From NCBI GenBank assembly GCA_937907485.1, contig CALESR010000270.1, forward strand, positions 3,200 to 67,199: a DNA stretch of 64,000 bases, given 5' to 3'. A model generated the notes under the pieces. It was not told the origin of the DNA and made no database searches. It saw only the letters and a program-made list of their open reading frames with translations. Of this stretch, positions 9,445-18,735 are shown piece after piece. A program made the position numbers and the translations under genes. The stretch comes from an uncultured Rhodobacteraceae bacterium. GTDB lineage: Bacteria > Pseudomonadota > Alphaproteobacteria > Rhodobacterales > Rhodobacteraceae. The stretch's first letter is position 1. Each line of letters begins with the position of its first letter.

Positions 9445-10677
9445 ATGATGGGCGAGGGCGCGGCAACCGGACGGTCGTTCAACGAGGTGATGGGCAAGCG
9501 CATTGCCCGCGCGTTTCAGCGCGTTGCCGAGGGGATGAGCGCCGACGAGTTCAACCGCTCTGGCGCGCGGGAGGCCTTTTTTGCCCCGATCGACGCATTG
9601 GAGTCCGCGACCACGGCGCAAGGTGGGCAGTTTCTCAGCTTTGGCCATTACGACTATCTCGGGTTGACGCGGCACCCTGCGGTGATCGAGGCGGGGGTGG
9701 CGGCGCTGCGCCAGCATGGCAGCGGTGCGGGCGCCTCGCGGCTGGTCGGCGGCGAAAGGCTGGCCCACCGCGCGCTTGAAACCGCGATGGCGCGGTTCCT
9801 CGGGGTGGATGCGACGCTGGCGGTCATCAGTGGGTATCTGACCAACCTGTCGCTGATCCCGCATCTGCTGACCGCAAAGGATCTGCTGATCCTCGACGAT
9901 CTGGCGCACAACTCGATCGCCAGCACGGCCCGCATTGGCGGTTATGCCTGCCGGACCTTTGCTCACAACGATTGCGACGCGCTCGAACGTATCCTGACCA
10001 CGGAACGTGCCCGCTATCGCCATGTGCTGATTGTCACCGAGGGGCTGTTCTCGATGGATGGCGACATCCCGGACCTGCCGCGGATTCTGGCGCTCAAGGA
10101 GGCCCACAACGCCTGGCTGATGCTGGACGAGGCGCATTCCTATGGCGTGCTGGGGGCGACAGGGCGCGGCATCACCGAACATTTCGGCGTCGATCCGCGA
10201 CGAGTCGATATCTCGGTCGGCACGTTGTCCAAGAGTTTCGGCGCCTCGGGCGGGTTGATCGTCGCCGCCGAGCACGTCATCGAATGGCTGCGTTATACAC
10301 TGCCGGGCTTTGTGTTCAGCGTCGGCCTGTCGCCGGTTGCCGTGGCGACGGTGCATGCGGCGCTGGATCTGCTGATCGCCGAGCCCGAGCGACTGGCCCG
10401 CATGAACGAGGCGTCGCGGTATTTCCTGGCGCAGGCGCGGGCGGCGGGGCTGAACACTGGCCCGGCGATCGGAACGGCGGTGGTGCCGGTGATCTTTGCC
10501 GATACCCAGCAAACCATGCTGGCGGCCCGGCGGCTGCGCGAGGCGGGCATTTATGCCCCGCCGGTGGCGACGGTCGGCGTGCCCTCGGACAGTCCGCGCA
10601 TTCGGTTTTTCCTGACGGCGAATCACACAACCGCCGATATCGACCGCGCGATAGCCGTGCTGGTCGGGTCAGCCTGA
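9445..10677 (+). CDS. PLP-dependent alpha-oxoamine synthase, serine-palmitoyltransferase-like (RkpG/WcbT-type)
   Basis: YDYLGL, SGYLTN, DLAHNSI, EGLFSMDGD, DEAHSYG, and PLP-lysine motif GTLSKS. The family is certain; serine/acyl substrate is inferred from context. Confidence 0.85.
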   Translation: MMGEGAATGRSFNEVMGKRIARAFQRVAEGMSADEFNRSGAREAFFAPIDALESATTAQGGQFLSFGHYDYLGLTRHPAVIEAGVAALRQHGSGAGASRLVGGERLAHRALETAMARFLGVDATLAVISGYLTNLSLIPHLLTAKDLLILDDLAHNSIASTARIGGYACRTFAHNDCDALERILTTERARYRHVLIVTEGLFSMDGDIPDLPRILALKEAHNAWLMLDEAHSYGVLGATGRGITEHFGVDPRRVDISVGTLSKSFGASGGLIVAAEHVIEWLRYTLPGFVFSVGLSPVAVATVHAALDLLIAEPERLARMNEASRYFLAQARAAGLNTGPAIGTAVVPVIFADTQQTMLAARRLREAGIYAPPVATVGVPSDSPRIRFFLTANHTTADIDRAIAVLVGSA

Positions 10678-11484
10678 CGGGCCTTCGCCCTCGCCCGGAT
10701 CGGGGGCACTGCCGGTGTGTTTCAGACTGTAGGTCAGGATGCGGTCGACCAGCGCGTCTGGCGCCAAGGCCCCCAGCGCCACCGCCAGCCGCAGGGGCCA
10801 GGGAAAGGCGCTGATTCGCGCGCCGCGCGCGACGTCGTGGGCGATGCGCTGCGCCGCGCGCTCGGCGCTCCACAGCCAGGGGCGCGGGGTGGTCAGCGAC
10901 TGGCTCATCGGGGTATCGACAAAGCCCGGCAGCACCAGCGTCACCGCAACACCCTGCGGGCGCAGCAACCGGCGCGTCCCCTCGGCATAGATCCTGAGGG
11001 CGGCCTTGGACGCGGAATAGACCGGCGCCTGCGGCAACCCGATGCCCCCCTGAACCGAGCCGATGATGACCACATGCCCGGCGCCGCGTTGCGCCATGCG
11101 GGGCTGCAAGGGAGTCAACGTGTTCAGCACGCCCATCATGTTCACCGCCATCAGGTCGCGGGCCTGCGCGCCCCGCTCGCCGCCCGGTGGCGCCAGTGCG
11201 CGCCCGCCGCCCAGGCCCGCCCCGGCGATCACCAGATCGACCGCTTGCCGCTGGTCGCACCCCTCGATCCAGGGTTCCAGGCGGTCGTGGTCGGTGACGT
11301 CGATGCGGGCGGCCTCGACCGTGGCGCCGCGCTGGCGGCAGGCCTCGGCAGTGGCGGCCAGCCGCTCGGCGTCGCGGCCATTGAGCGACAGCGCACGACC
11401 CGGCGCGGCGTAATGCAGCGCCAGCGCACGGCCGATGCCGCTGCTCGCGCCGGTAATCAGCACATGCTGGGGTTTGGTCCGCAT
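10669..11484 (-). CDS. Classical short-chain dehydrogenase/reductase (RkpH/WcbP-like; candidate 3-ketosphingoid reductase)
   Basis: ITGASSGIG, catalytic YSASK, PGFVDTPM; AAGGAG Shine-Dalgarno upstream of ATG 11484. Confidence 0.85.
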   Translation of the reverse strand: MRTKPQHVLITGASSGIGRALALHYAAPGRALSLNGRDAERLAATAEACRQRGATVEAARIDVTDHDRLEPWIEGCDQRQAVDLVIAGAGLGGGRALAPPGGERGAQARDLMAVNMMGVLNTLTPLQPRMAQRGAGHVVIIGSVQGGIGLPQAPVYSASKAALRIYAEGTRRLLRPQGVAVTLVLPGFVDTPMSQSLTTPRPWLWSAERAAQRIAHDVARGARISAFPWPLRLAVALGALAPDALVDRILTYSLKHTGSAPDPGEGEGPSG

Positions 11485-11604
11485 TGAGGGCTCCTTGCCC
11501 TGTGGTGGTATCACGCGCGCCGGGTTCCTCGCCAGTCGGAACGACGGGATGGCGGCTTTGTCGGCCTGTCGCTATGCTGGCCGCGCCGCCAGAAGGGGTC
11601 TGCC

Positions 11605-12207
11605 TTGCGCATCCATGAACCGTTCGTCGAACCCGTTGCCCGCCGTCTGGTGGGGTCCGGCATCAGCCCCGATGCGCTGACGCTGGCCTCGGTGCCACCG
11701 GCGGTGCTCGCCGGGGTCTGCGCGGCCGTCGGCTGGTTCGAGGCGGCGGCGCTGGCCTTCACACTTAGCGGTGTGCTCGACCTGCTCGATGGGGCGCTGG
11801 CGCGGGCGATGGATCGGCGCAGCCGGTTCGGCGCCTTGCTCGATTCGTCGCTTGACCGGGTCGCGGATGCCTGTGTGCCGATCGGGCTGGTGGTGTTTTA
11901 CAGTGCGCAGGGCGGGCTGGCCGCAATCCCGGCGCTGGCGCTGCTGGCGTCGCTGTGGGTCTCGTATATCCGCGCGCGGGCGCAGTCGCTGGCGCTGGAA
12001 CTGCCCCGGCTGTGGATGCGCCGCGAGGACCGCTTTGTCGCGCTGGTGCTGGCGCTGCTGGCGGCGCGCTGGGTGGCGCCCGAGTCTGACGTGCCCGCGG
12101 TGCTGCTGCTGTGGGTCTGCGCTGCCATCGCGGTTCTGGGGATGATTGCCGGTGGCATGGCGCTGGTGCAGGCGGCACGACTGGCCCGTCAACCGCCCGA
12201 GGCGTGA
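11605..12207 (+). CDS. CDP-alcohol phosphatidyltransferase, probable phosphatidylinositol-phosphate synthase
   Basis: Signature DLLDGALARAMDRRSRFGALLDSSLDRVAD, plus SYIRARAQSL and RREDR as in PIP/AIP synthases. Near ino1. TTG start is uncertain. Confidence 0.88.
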   Translation: MRIHEPFVEPVARRLVGSGISPDALTLASVPPAVLAGVCAAVGWFEAAALAFTLSGVLDLLDGALARAMDRRSRFGALLDSSLDRVADACVPIGLVVFYSAQGGLAAIPALALLASLWVSYIRARAQSLALELPRLWMRREDRFVALVLALLAARWVAPESDVPAVLLLWVCAAIAVLGMIAGGMALVQAARLARQPPEA

Positions 12208-13070
12208 TTGCCCCAGTCCGCCGCAAAGACCGCGATGGCCGTGGCGTCATTCTGGCCCGAGCGGTTTGGCCCGTCGGTCAGCGCCTGAATCGCCGAGGCG
12301 AGGGTCTCGACCGGAAAGCTGCGGGTCGGCACCACCAGCCGCGGCACGCCGCGCCGCGCCAGATGCCCCGAGACCCAGACATCATCGACCCAGCGCACGG
12401 CCTCGGGCATGCCCGAGAAATCGTGCACCGCCGCATCCAGCGCCCTCGGCGGCAGCAGATAGCCCCAGGTGCCAAACAGGATATCGACCGGGACCAGCCG
12501 GGTCTGCGCACTGCACAGAACGTGGTGCAGCGCGGGAAACTCTCGCCCCGGCGTCAGGCACACGCCACGCAGGCCCAGCGCGGCGGTGGGGTTCGCCCGG
12601 TGTGCAGTCAGCAGCGAGGCCAGAAAATCGCGCGGATAGACCACGTCATCATCGACAACCACGAGGCAGGCGTCGGGGTCAGCCGCCAGTGTTGGCAACA
12701 GCTTGGTCACCGGGCCTTCGTCGGTGCAGCGCAGCACCTCGACACCGGGCGGCAGACCCAGCGTCTGTGGGTCAGGATAGGCCGCGCCGTCGCGTCGGCG
12801 GGTCCGGGGCAGGCACAGCACGATGCGGTCGGCGGGCTGGGACTGGTCGATCAGACTGCGCAGGACGCGGTGCAGCCGATGCGCGCGGGCGGGAATCGTG
12901 GTCAGCGTCACCACCAGCCGTTCGGGCCGCGGTGTGGCGGGCACTGGAGCGGGCACCCGCCAGCCCAGCCGCAGCGCCCGCAGATACAGCCCGGCGATCT
13001 GCGCCAGACTGGGCTGGCGATAGCGCGCAAGACTGCGGGCGATGTTTTGCAACAGGGGCACTTTGGTCAT
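12189..13070 (-). CDS. GT-A fold glycosyltransferase (GT2-like)
   Basis: VVTLTTIPAR, LRSLIDQS, DEGPVTKLLP, acidic VVVDDDVVYP, late DDVWVSG. ATG at 13070 is coupled to the upstream stop. Confidence 0.7.
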   Translation of the reverse strand: MTKVPLLQNIARSLARYRQPSLAQIAGLYLRALRLGWRVPAPVPATPRPERLVVTLTTIPARAHRLHRVLRSLIDQSQPADRIVLCLPRTRRRDGAAYPDPQTLGLPPGVEVLRCTDEGPVTKLLPTLAADPDACLVVVDDDVVYPRDFLASLLTAHRANPTAALGLRGVCLTPGREFPALHHVLCSAQTRLVPVDILFGTWGYLLPPRALDAAVHDFSGMPEAVRWVDDVWVSGHLARRGVPRLVVPTRSFPVETLASAIQALTDGPNRSGQNDATAIAVFAADWGNHASGG

Positions 13071-13840
13071 GGCGCCCAGACCTCGGCCGCGGGGCGCCAG
13101 ACCGGCGCGGCAAAGGGATTGACCAGGCGATTGCGCTCGATCCAGCGGCGGGTCAGCGAGGGGCGGGGCAAGCCTGCGTCCTTCCAACTGCCCTGCGTCA
13201 GGTGGCGGGTGACGATGTGGCGGTTCACTGGCCAGATGTCGGGATAGTCCAGCGGCGCCATGAGTTGGATCTGCGCGCCGATCCAGACCTCGGGCCAAGG
13301 GCGTTCTTGCAACAGGCGGGTCAGCATCCGGGGCCCGGTGATGTCCTCGATCCGGTGCCGGGGGGGCTGGGGTTCGGCGGCGAACAGCGCAAAGGCCCGC
13401 TCGATCGCCGCGCGCAGGAGTGGATGGCCGGGCCGGGTTGCCAGAATGCAATTGGCGATCTGCAGCGGCTTGAGATAGCCCAACTCGCGCTGACGCCGGG
13501 CGCCCAGATGCGCCTCGATCGACAGCGAGCATGGGCGCGCGAACAGGTCAGGCGGCAAGGGGCGCAGGGGTTGCATGTCGATATCGGCATAGAGCCCGCC
13601 ATCGCGCCACAGCACGGCCAGCCGGAACACATCGGCGCGCATCACGCCAAAGGGCATCGCGTCAAAGGCGGCGAGGTGCTGGGGCGCGACCTCGGCCAAC
13701 ACCGCGCGGCTGGCGTCGTCGTCGTATAACCGCAGCTCCAGGCCCGGGTTGAGCCGTGCCCAATCCGCACGCAGGGCCTCGGCCTGGGGCGGCAGTCGGG
13801 CCGTTTTCCAGGTTTGCGACAGGATGCGGGGCAGGGGCAT
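13067..13840 (-). CDS. GT32 glycosyltransferase (Och1/Sur1 DXD sugar-binding family)
   Basis: LPRILSQTWKT, RADVFRLAVLWRDGGLYADID, ANCILATRPGHPLL, ITGPRMLT and HLTQGSW are GT32 hallmarks. Confidence 0.87.
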   Translation of the reverse strand: MPLPRILSQTWKTARLPPQAEALRADWARLNPGLELRLYDDDASRAVLAEVAPQHLAAFDAMPFGVMRADVFRLAVLWRDGGLYADIDMQPLRPLPPDLFARPCSLSIEAHLGARRQRELGYLKPLQIANCILATRPGHPLLRAAIERAFALFAAEPQPPRHRIEDITGPRMLTRLLQERPWPEVWIGAQIQLMAPLDYPDIWPVNRHIVTRHLTQGSWKDAGLPRPSLTRRWIERNRLVNPFAAPVWRPAAEVWAP

Positions 13841-13971
13841 GGGATATCCAGCAGGGATCAGCGCGCAGGATACGGTGACCGGCGCAGGGTTTCAACCGGC
13901 GCGGCATCGCGGCCAATTGCACAGGGTGCGCCTCGCGGTCTAGGGTCGGGTGCACGACAAAGGACCGCCCT

Positions 13972-14691
13972 GTGACCCACCGTCCCATCGCCTATATGAC
14001 CGTCGATGCCGAACCCGATTGCCCGCCCTTCCTGTGGACATGGCGCGGCATCGACGAGGGGCTGCCGCTGCTGCTGGACCTGCTGGCGGACGAAGGTGTG
14101 CCCGCGACCTTTTTCACCACGGGCGGCACCGCCGAGGCCCGGCCCGAGGCCGTCACTGCCATCGTCAAGGGCGGGCACGAACTGGCCTGCCACGGCTATT
14201 CGCACAGCAATTTTCGCACGCTTGACCGCGACGCCGCCCGCGACGAGATCACCCGCACCAACGCGATTCTGCGCGCGCATGCCCCGGTAACCTCGTTTCG
14301 CGCGCCGTATCTGTCCTTTCCCGAGGCCTATGTCCCGCTGCTGGCCGAGGCCGGGTTTGCCGTGGACAGCTCGCGCGGGATCTACAAGCGCAACGAGCCG
14401 CGCCATGACGGCGACGGGATGCCCTTTCGGCTGGATGCGTCGGTGACGTCGAGCGTGCTGCGCCTGCCGCGCGTGCTGCGCAGCCCGTATTTTCATGCGC
14501 TGCGCAGTCCGGTCACGCTGTTCGTGCATCCTTGGGAATTCGTCGATTTGTCGCGCACGGGTATCCGGCTGGACTGCCGGTTCCGCACCGGGCAACCCGC
14601 GCTGGACCGGCTGCGCACCACGCTGCGCTGGTTCAAGGCGCGCAATTTCCAGTTTCGGCTGGTGAACGAGGCACCGGCCCTAGCCGCCTGA
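13972..14691 (+). CDS. NodB-type polysaccharide/glycolipid deacetylase
   Basis: MTVDAE, VPATFF, GHELACHGYSH, SFRAPY, FVHPWEF. Confidence 0.85.
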   Translation: MTHRPIAYMTVDAEPDCPPFLWTWRGIDEGLPLLLDLLADEGVPATFFTTGGTAEARPEAVTAIVKGGHELACHGYSHSNFRTLDRDAARDEITRTNAILRAHAPVTSFRAPYLSFPEAYVPLLAEAGFAVDSSRGIYKRNEPRHDGDGMPFRLDASVTSSVLRLPRVLRSPYFHALRSPVTLFVHPWEFVDLSRTGIRLDCRFRTGQPALDRLRTTLRWFKARNFQFRLVNEAPALAA

Positions 14692-15777
14692 GGCCATCTG
14701 CCGATAGAGCGCCAGATGCTGCGCCGCAACTTTGGGCCAGTCAAAACGCCCAAGGGCGGGGCGCGGACCGGTCAGCCGCCGGGCCAGGTCGGAATCCATG
14801 GCCAGCGCCTGCAGCGCCTCGATCATGGCAGCGTCGCTGTCGCACAGAAAGCCGTCCTCGCCGTCGCGGATGAACTCGGCCAGACCGGTGCCCGCGCGGC
14901 CGATCACCGGCAGCCCGGCGGCGCGGGCCTCGAGCGCGGCGATGCCAAAGGATTCGTTGCGCGACGGCAGGACAAAGGCATGGGCGCTGCGATAGAGGGT
15001 GCGCAGATCCTCGCGGCCCAGCCAACCGGGGTTTTGCACGCCGGCGCCCAGCGTGGCGCGGTGACGTCCCTCACCGGCGACCACCATCTCGACGGGCCGG
15101 TCGATGCGCCGTTCCAGAGCCTCGCGCAGCCTTCCCAGCACCTGTGGCCGTTTCTTGCGCTCGAGTCGCATTGCCGAGACCAGCCGAAAAGCTCCCCCGG
15201 CAGGCGGTTGCGCGGGGTCGGCCATCCAGAACCCGGCGTCAAAGCCATTGGGCAGAACCTGTGGCGCGATGGTGGACAGTGGCGCCAGTTGTGCCGCGAT
15301 TCGGGAACTGACCGCTGTCAGTCGCACGTCCGGCCACCGCGGACCCAGCCAGCGCAGCAGGGGTGCCAGCGCCGCCAGATCGGAATGCGCGGTCAGCATC
15401 ACGGGCAGGCCCAGACTGCGCGCGGCGATCAGCCCGGCGAGGCAGGCGGGCGCGACGATGCTGGCATGAACATGCACCACATCGGGCGCGATCGCGGTCA
15501 GCGCTGTCGCCATCCGCCGCACCAGCCGGGGCGACACCGCAAGGTCAAACCCCGGCAACCGCAGCCCGCCCGGTGAAAAAACCGCAACCTCGTCGCTGCG
15601 CGCGCCAGGCTGCGGGGTCAGGACGCTGACCTGCGCCCCCGCAGCGGTCAGCGCCCGGCCGAGGCCGGACAGGTGGCTCTCGATGCCGCCACGGCGCGGG
15701 GCAAACCAGTCGCTGACAAAGGTGATCTTCAGACCTCGGGTCGGGGCAAAGGCCGCTTCGGCAGGCATTGTCGGCAA
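14680..15777 (-). CDS. GT4 glycosyltransferase, PIG-A/PimA-like
   Basis: N-terminal FVSDWFAPRRGGIESHL, DVVHVHAS...TAHS, and GT4 EX7E motif ESFGIAALE. Confidence 0.9.
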   Translation of the reverse strand: MPTMPAEAAFAPTRGLKITFVSDWFAPRRGGIESHLSGLGRALTAAGAQVSVLTPQPGARSDEVAVFSPGGLRLPGFDLAVSPRLVRRMATALTAIAPDVVHVHASIVAPACLAGLIAARSLGLPVMLTAHSDLAALAPLLRWLGPRWPDVRLTAVSSRIAAQLAPLSTIAPQVLPNGFDAGFWMADPAQPPAGGAFRLVSAMRLERKKRPQVLGRLREALERRIDRPVEMVVAGEGRHRATLGAGVQNPGWLGREDLRTLYRSAHAFVLPSRNESFGIAALEARAAGLPVIGRAGTGLAEFIRDGEDGFLCDSDAAMIEALQALAMDSDLARRLTGPRPALGRFDWPKVAAQHLALYRQMASGG

Positions 15778-15861
15778 CTCCGGGCGCGGGCGGCAAAGGG
15801 CGGGAAATCTTTACGCCCTAGGGCGACATGATATCAGCGCAGTGCAGCCCCGTCGCGCGTA

Positions 15862-15890
15862 TTGCACTGTCTGCGTAGGCGGGCAATAGT
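15862..15890 (+). promoter_or_regulatory. Possible sigma70-type promoter for the barrel gene
   Basis: TTGCAC-17 bp-AATAGT; a pattern match only. Confidence 0.22.
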
Positions 15891-16005
15891 CGCGCTGGCA
15901 ACCGTCCATTCGGGAGTGGAACAGATGGCGATGTGTGGCGGCAGGCACCTGGAGCACCGTGGATGCCTGCGCTCAAGATTCGGGCTTCGGGTCTTTGTGT
16001 CGCTG

Positions 16006-16569
16006 ATGATCGCCTTGCTGCTGGCCCAGATGCCCCCCGGCGCCGCGCGCGCGCAGGATCTGTCGTGGCAGGTCTGGGGCGCCGTGATGACCGACAATGA
16101 CGTCCGGCAACTGGTAACCTTTGACAGCATCCGGTTGCTGGAGTCTGGTCTGGTCGGTTTCGCGCTGAACACCCGCTTTGGCCGCCCGTACGACCTGCCC
16201 TTTGGCCAGCTTCGTTTCGAGGCCGAGGCGCAATTGGTTCGCCATTTCGGCCTGCAGGATCATTGGGAGGTCAACCTGCCGGTGGGCCTGCGCTTTGCCC
16301 CGCGCCGCCGGATTTTGGGGTTCGACAGTCTGGCGTTTCTGATAGGGCCGTCGATGGCCTCGCAGATCCCGGCGATCGAACTGCGCCGCGGAGGCGGGGT
16401 GGGGTCACGGGGAATGGTCTATTTCCATGTCGAACTGGAGCGTCAGCTGCGGTCCGACCCCGCCGCGCGGATCTTCCTGCGGTTGCACCACCGCTCGGGT
16501 GGCTATGGGCTGTTTGCCAATGCGGTGGGGACCAACGCATTCGCCATCGGCTATCGCCGGGCGTTCTGA
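16006..16569 (+). CDS. Putative outer-membrane beta-barrel (PagL-like topology); start uncertain (15925-16006)
   Basis: Signal-peptide-like MIALLLAQMPPGAARA|QD, alternating amphipathic strands, RLHHRSG, C-terminal AIGYRRAF ending in Phe (BAM signal). Confidence 0.5.
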   Translation: MIALLLAQMPPGAARAQDLSWQVWGAVMTDNDVRQLVTFDSIRLLESGLVGFALNTRFGRPYDLPFGQLRFEAEAQLVRHFGLQDHWEVNLPVGLRFAPRRRILGFDSLAFLIGPSMASQIPAIELRRGGGVGSRGMVYFHVELERQLRSDPAARIFLRLHHRSGGYGLFANAVGTNAFAIGYRRAF

Positions 16570-16657
16570 CAGCGGCCAACCCCGAAGGCACGTCGCGGTC
16601 GGGCGCCCTGCACCTCGATACGCCGGGGTGCCGGACATCCGAGGCCCCTGCGCCAAG

Positions 16658-18586
16658 TCAGGCAATCTGCTCGCGGTGCTGCTGGTCCCAGACCTGATCG
16701 GAGAGTGCCATCGCCGTTGGCCGATAGGCCAGCGGTGCCCCGACAAGGATCGTGCGGATGGCGGGAATGTCATAGTCGCGGCAGGCCTGCGCCAATTGGT
16801 CTAGCAGTTCCGACAGTGGCTCGGGGTCGAGGGCGACCTCGGTCGCGGTCAGGATGCGTGGATGTTCGGTGCCGGTGGGCGAATCGCCGATCAGTAGTTC
16901 TTCGAACAGTTTCTCGCCCTTGCGCAGACCGGTGACCTGAATCTGGATGTCGCCGCGCATCGCGGTGTCGGCATCGGGCGTGTCGACGATATAGGGCACC
17001 AGTCCGTTCATGCGCACCATCGACAGCGCCAGATCGAGGATCCGGACCGGGTCGCCCATGTCGAGCACAAATACATCACCGCCGCGCGCCATCGCGCCGG
17101 CCTGAATGACCAGTTGTGCCGCCTCGGGGATTGTCATGAAAAAACGGTTGATATCGCGGTGGGTCACCGTCACGGGCCCCCCGCGCTCGATCTGGGCCTG
17201 AAACAGCGGGATGACCGAGCCCGAGGACCCCAGCACATTGCCGAAGCGCACGATGGAGAAGGTGGTCGTGTGCGTTTCGCGCGCGAGCGCTTGACAGATC
17301 AGCTCGGCCAGCCGCTTGGACGCGCCCATGACATTGGTCGGCCGCACGGCCTTGTCGGTGGAAATCAGGATGAAGTTCTCGACCCCGGCCTCGGCGGCGG
17401 CACGGGCGATGGCCCTTGTGCCGAACACATTGTTGCGCAGGCCCTCGATGACGTTCTCTTCGACCAGTGGAACATGCTTGTAGGCGGCCGCGTGATAGAT
17501 CGTCTGCACCGCGAATTGCCCGATCACCTTGCGCAGCCGCTCGGGATCCTGCACCGACCCGAGGATCGGCACCAGCCGCACCGTCAGCCGCTCACGCAAG
17601 AGGGTTTCGCGCAGTTCCGCATCAATGGTGTAGAGGCTGTATTCCGAGACGTCGAACAGAATCAGGATCTTGGGGGCAAGACCGATCACCTGGCGGCACA
17701 ATTCGCTGCCGATCGAGCCGCCAGCGCCAGAGACCATCACCACCTTGCCAGTGATGTTGCGCCGCATCATGGCGGCGTTGGGTTCGACCGGGTCGCGGCC
17801 CAGCAGGTCTTCGGGCCGCACACTGCGCAACTCGCTGAACTTGGCCTTGCCGCTGACGATATCGGCCATGCCGGGGATCGTCTTGATCTCGAGGCCGTAA
17901 ACCTCGATCGCGGCGACGATCTCGCGGCGGCGCACCCGTGTTGCGCTGGGGATGGCCAGCAGCACGGTGCGCGCGCGCGTGTCGTTGATGAGCGACGGCA
18001 AGGCCAGGGGGTTAAAGACCCGCAGGCCACCGATTGTGCTGCCGACCAGCGCCGCGTCATCGTCGAGAAAGGCGACCGGTTGATACTCGCGACCGTGGCG
18101 CAGCGCGTTGACCAACTGGCGCCCCGCATCGCCTGCGCCATAGACCAGCACGGGCCTGCGGTGGTTCGATTGCGTCTGTCGAAACAGCGCCCAGATCACG
18201 AACCGCGACCCGCCCGCCAGACAGAAGACGAGCATCGCCTGAATATACGGCACCGAGCGCGGCACCGGCGTGCCGATCGCCAGATCCGACAGCGAGAGGG
18301 TAAAGGCCGAGATCAACCCCCCCAGCAACAGCACCTTCAGTGCGCCCGAGGAGATATAGCGCACCACCGTGCGATACAGCCCCATAGCCGCCCAAAACCC
18401 GACAGTCAGCGGAATCACCGGCGCAAAGGCCAGCCACGCCCGCGGATCCCCGAGGAACCGCCACGATTCCAGCCGCAGGAACATCCCCAGCGCAAAGGAC
18501 AGGGTAATCAGGGCGGAATCCGAAAAAACCTGTATCGCCTGCTTGGTGGTGCGCGGCAGCCTGCCAAGACGGAGAAAAACATTCAT
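16658..18586 (-). CDS. Membrane-anchored UDP-GlcNAc 4,6-dehydratase (PglF/WbpM/CapD family)
   Basis: N-terminal TMs, YGAGDAG, EDLLGRDPV, SGAGGSIGSELCRQ, HAAAYKHVP, ISTDKAVRPTNVMGASKR, VRFGNVLGSSGSV, GEKLFEEL. Confidence 0.95.
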   Translation of the reverse strand: MNVFLRLGRLPRTTKQAIQVFSDSALITLSFALGMFLRLESWRFLGDPRAWLAFAPVIPLTVGFWAAMGLYRTVVRYISSGALKVLLLGGLISAFTLSLSDLAIGTPVPRSVPYIQAMLVFCLAGGSRFVIWALFRQTQSNHRRPVLVYGAGDAGRQLVNALRHGREYQPVAFLDDDAALVGSTIGGLRVFNPLALPSLINDTRARTVLLAIPSATRVRRREIVAAIEVYGLEIKTIPGMADIVSGKAKFSELRSVRPEDLLGRDPVEPNAAMMRRNITGKVVMVSGAGGSIGSELCRQVIGLAPKILILFDVSEYSLYTIDAELRETLLRERLTVRLVPILGSVQDPERLRKVIGQFAVQTIYHAAAYKHVPLVEENVIEGLRNNVFGTRAIARAAAEAGVENFILISTDKAVRPTNVMGASKRLAELICQALARETHTTTFSIVRFGNVLGSSGSVIPLFQAQIERGGPVTVTHRDINRFFMTIPEAAQLVIQAGAMARGGDVFVLDMGDPVRILDLALSMVRMNGLVPYIVDTPDADTAMRGDIQIQVTGLRKGEKLFEELLIGDSPTGTEHPRILTATEVALDPEPLSELLDQLAQACRDYDIPAIRTILVGAPLAYRPTAMALSDQVWDQQHREQIA

Positions 18587-18735
18587 TATCAATCACCCAA
18601 AGTCGGCTTGCATCCAAAAAAAACTTTTCGGTTGTGCTCATCCCTAGCGCGCATTGGCGCGCGGCTCAACGCCCGGAAGAGCGCACAAGCCCGTGAACGG
18701 CGCCTCCGCGCCGAGGCATCGGCCTGCCAACAACG

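Noticed and set aside
9445-10677. BioF (8-amino-7-oxononanoate synthase) or Kbl/HemA assignment
   Set aside because: Same fold, but there are no bio, tdh or hem genes nearby, and the context (ACP, bCerS-like, Aur1-like, SDR) favours a long-chain-base synthase. Not excluded without an assay.
13360-13366. G7 runs (also 7390-7396) as phase-variation sites
   Set aside because: Too short to be unusual at this GC content; they encode Pro-Pro on the coding strand.
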